In this document: positions 63,506-64,000 of the stretch, piece by piece | Numbering within the stretch: the stretch's first letter is position 1 | Layout of the letters: each line of letters starts with the position of its first letter | DNA from: Octopus sinensis | Taxonomy: Eukaryota | NCBI RefSeq assembly: GCF_006345805.1 | Contig: NW_021832432.1 | Coordinates: 682,001 to 746,000, forward strand | Reading direction: 5' to 3' | Length of the DNA: 64,000 nucleotides | Position numbers and translations under genes: made by a program | Notes under the pieces: generated by a model | Seen by the model: only the letters and a program-made list of their open reading frames with translations | Databases searched by the model: none | Told to the model about the DNA's origin: nothing

Positions 63506-64000
63506 CAATATATATATTTGTTCATTCGAGTTATAATTTTCCTTAATGACGTAAATGTAACACACGGAAAATACAGACAAGAACAAGCAGAATAATATAA
63601 TTATTTTATATATAATGAAATATCCAATCTAATATATTAGATTATAACAGATTATTTAGCCTCGTATTATTTGTATAACACTATTGTATCCAAGATTATT
63701 AAATTTTTAGGGCAATTAGATCCCCACCGCCAACCAAAACACGCACTATGCATTGACTTTTATAGGGTAAAAATTTTCAGAAAATTATACTTGTTTCGAG
63801 AGGTGTTATGTAATGTGAGAAAGCAAGAATTTCATGAAGAATTGTTTGTTGTTGTTGTTGTTGTTGTTTACCCTCAGGTTGTGCCTGAAAACATGACATG
63901 GTCACGGCTGGAATATCGCTTACCAAAAATATTTCTGCTGTGACAAAGTGCATCTAAAGCTGTATTAAGCAGAGTGAGTGATCCCAGATTTGAGGACATA

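Overview
AT-rich eukaryotic DNA made almost entirely of repeats. The SINE, LINE and microsatellite content resembles an octopus or other coleoid cephalopod genome; this is an inference and was not checked. I found no convincing host protein-coding exon, rRNA, true tRNA or CRISPR array, and most ORFs in the supplied track are microsatellite translations. The window holds four tRNA-derived SINE families (my labels A, B, C, plus one hammerhead-bearing SINE). It also holds fragments of Tx1/L1-like, R4/Dong-like (RLE), RTE-BovB and Penelope-like retroelements, several Tc1/mariner elements, Merlin-like, pogo-like and piggyBac-like MITEs, hAT remnants and Helitrons. Main findings: (1) a TSD-flanked 1.7-kb ORF1-only retroelement at 18886-20568 whose 3' end is shared with a SINE and two Tx1-like LINE fragments; (2) composite SINEs carrying two different 3' tails; (3) a tRNA-headed SINE carrying a hammerhead ribozyme motif; (4) about seven hammerhead motifs, one with an intact type I core at 34604-34664. 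Coordinates were read by eye, and ends without a TIR or TSD are approximate.
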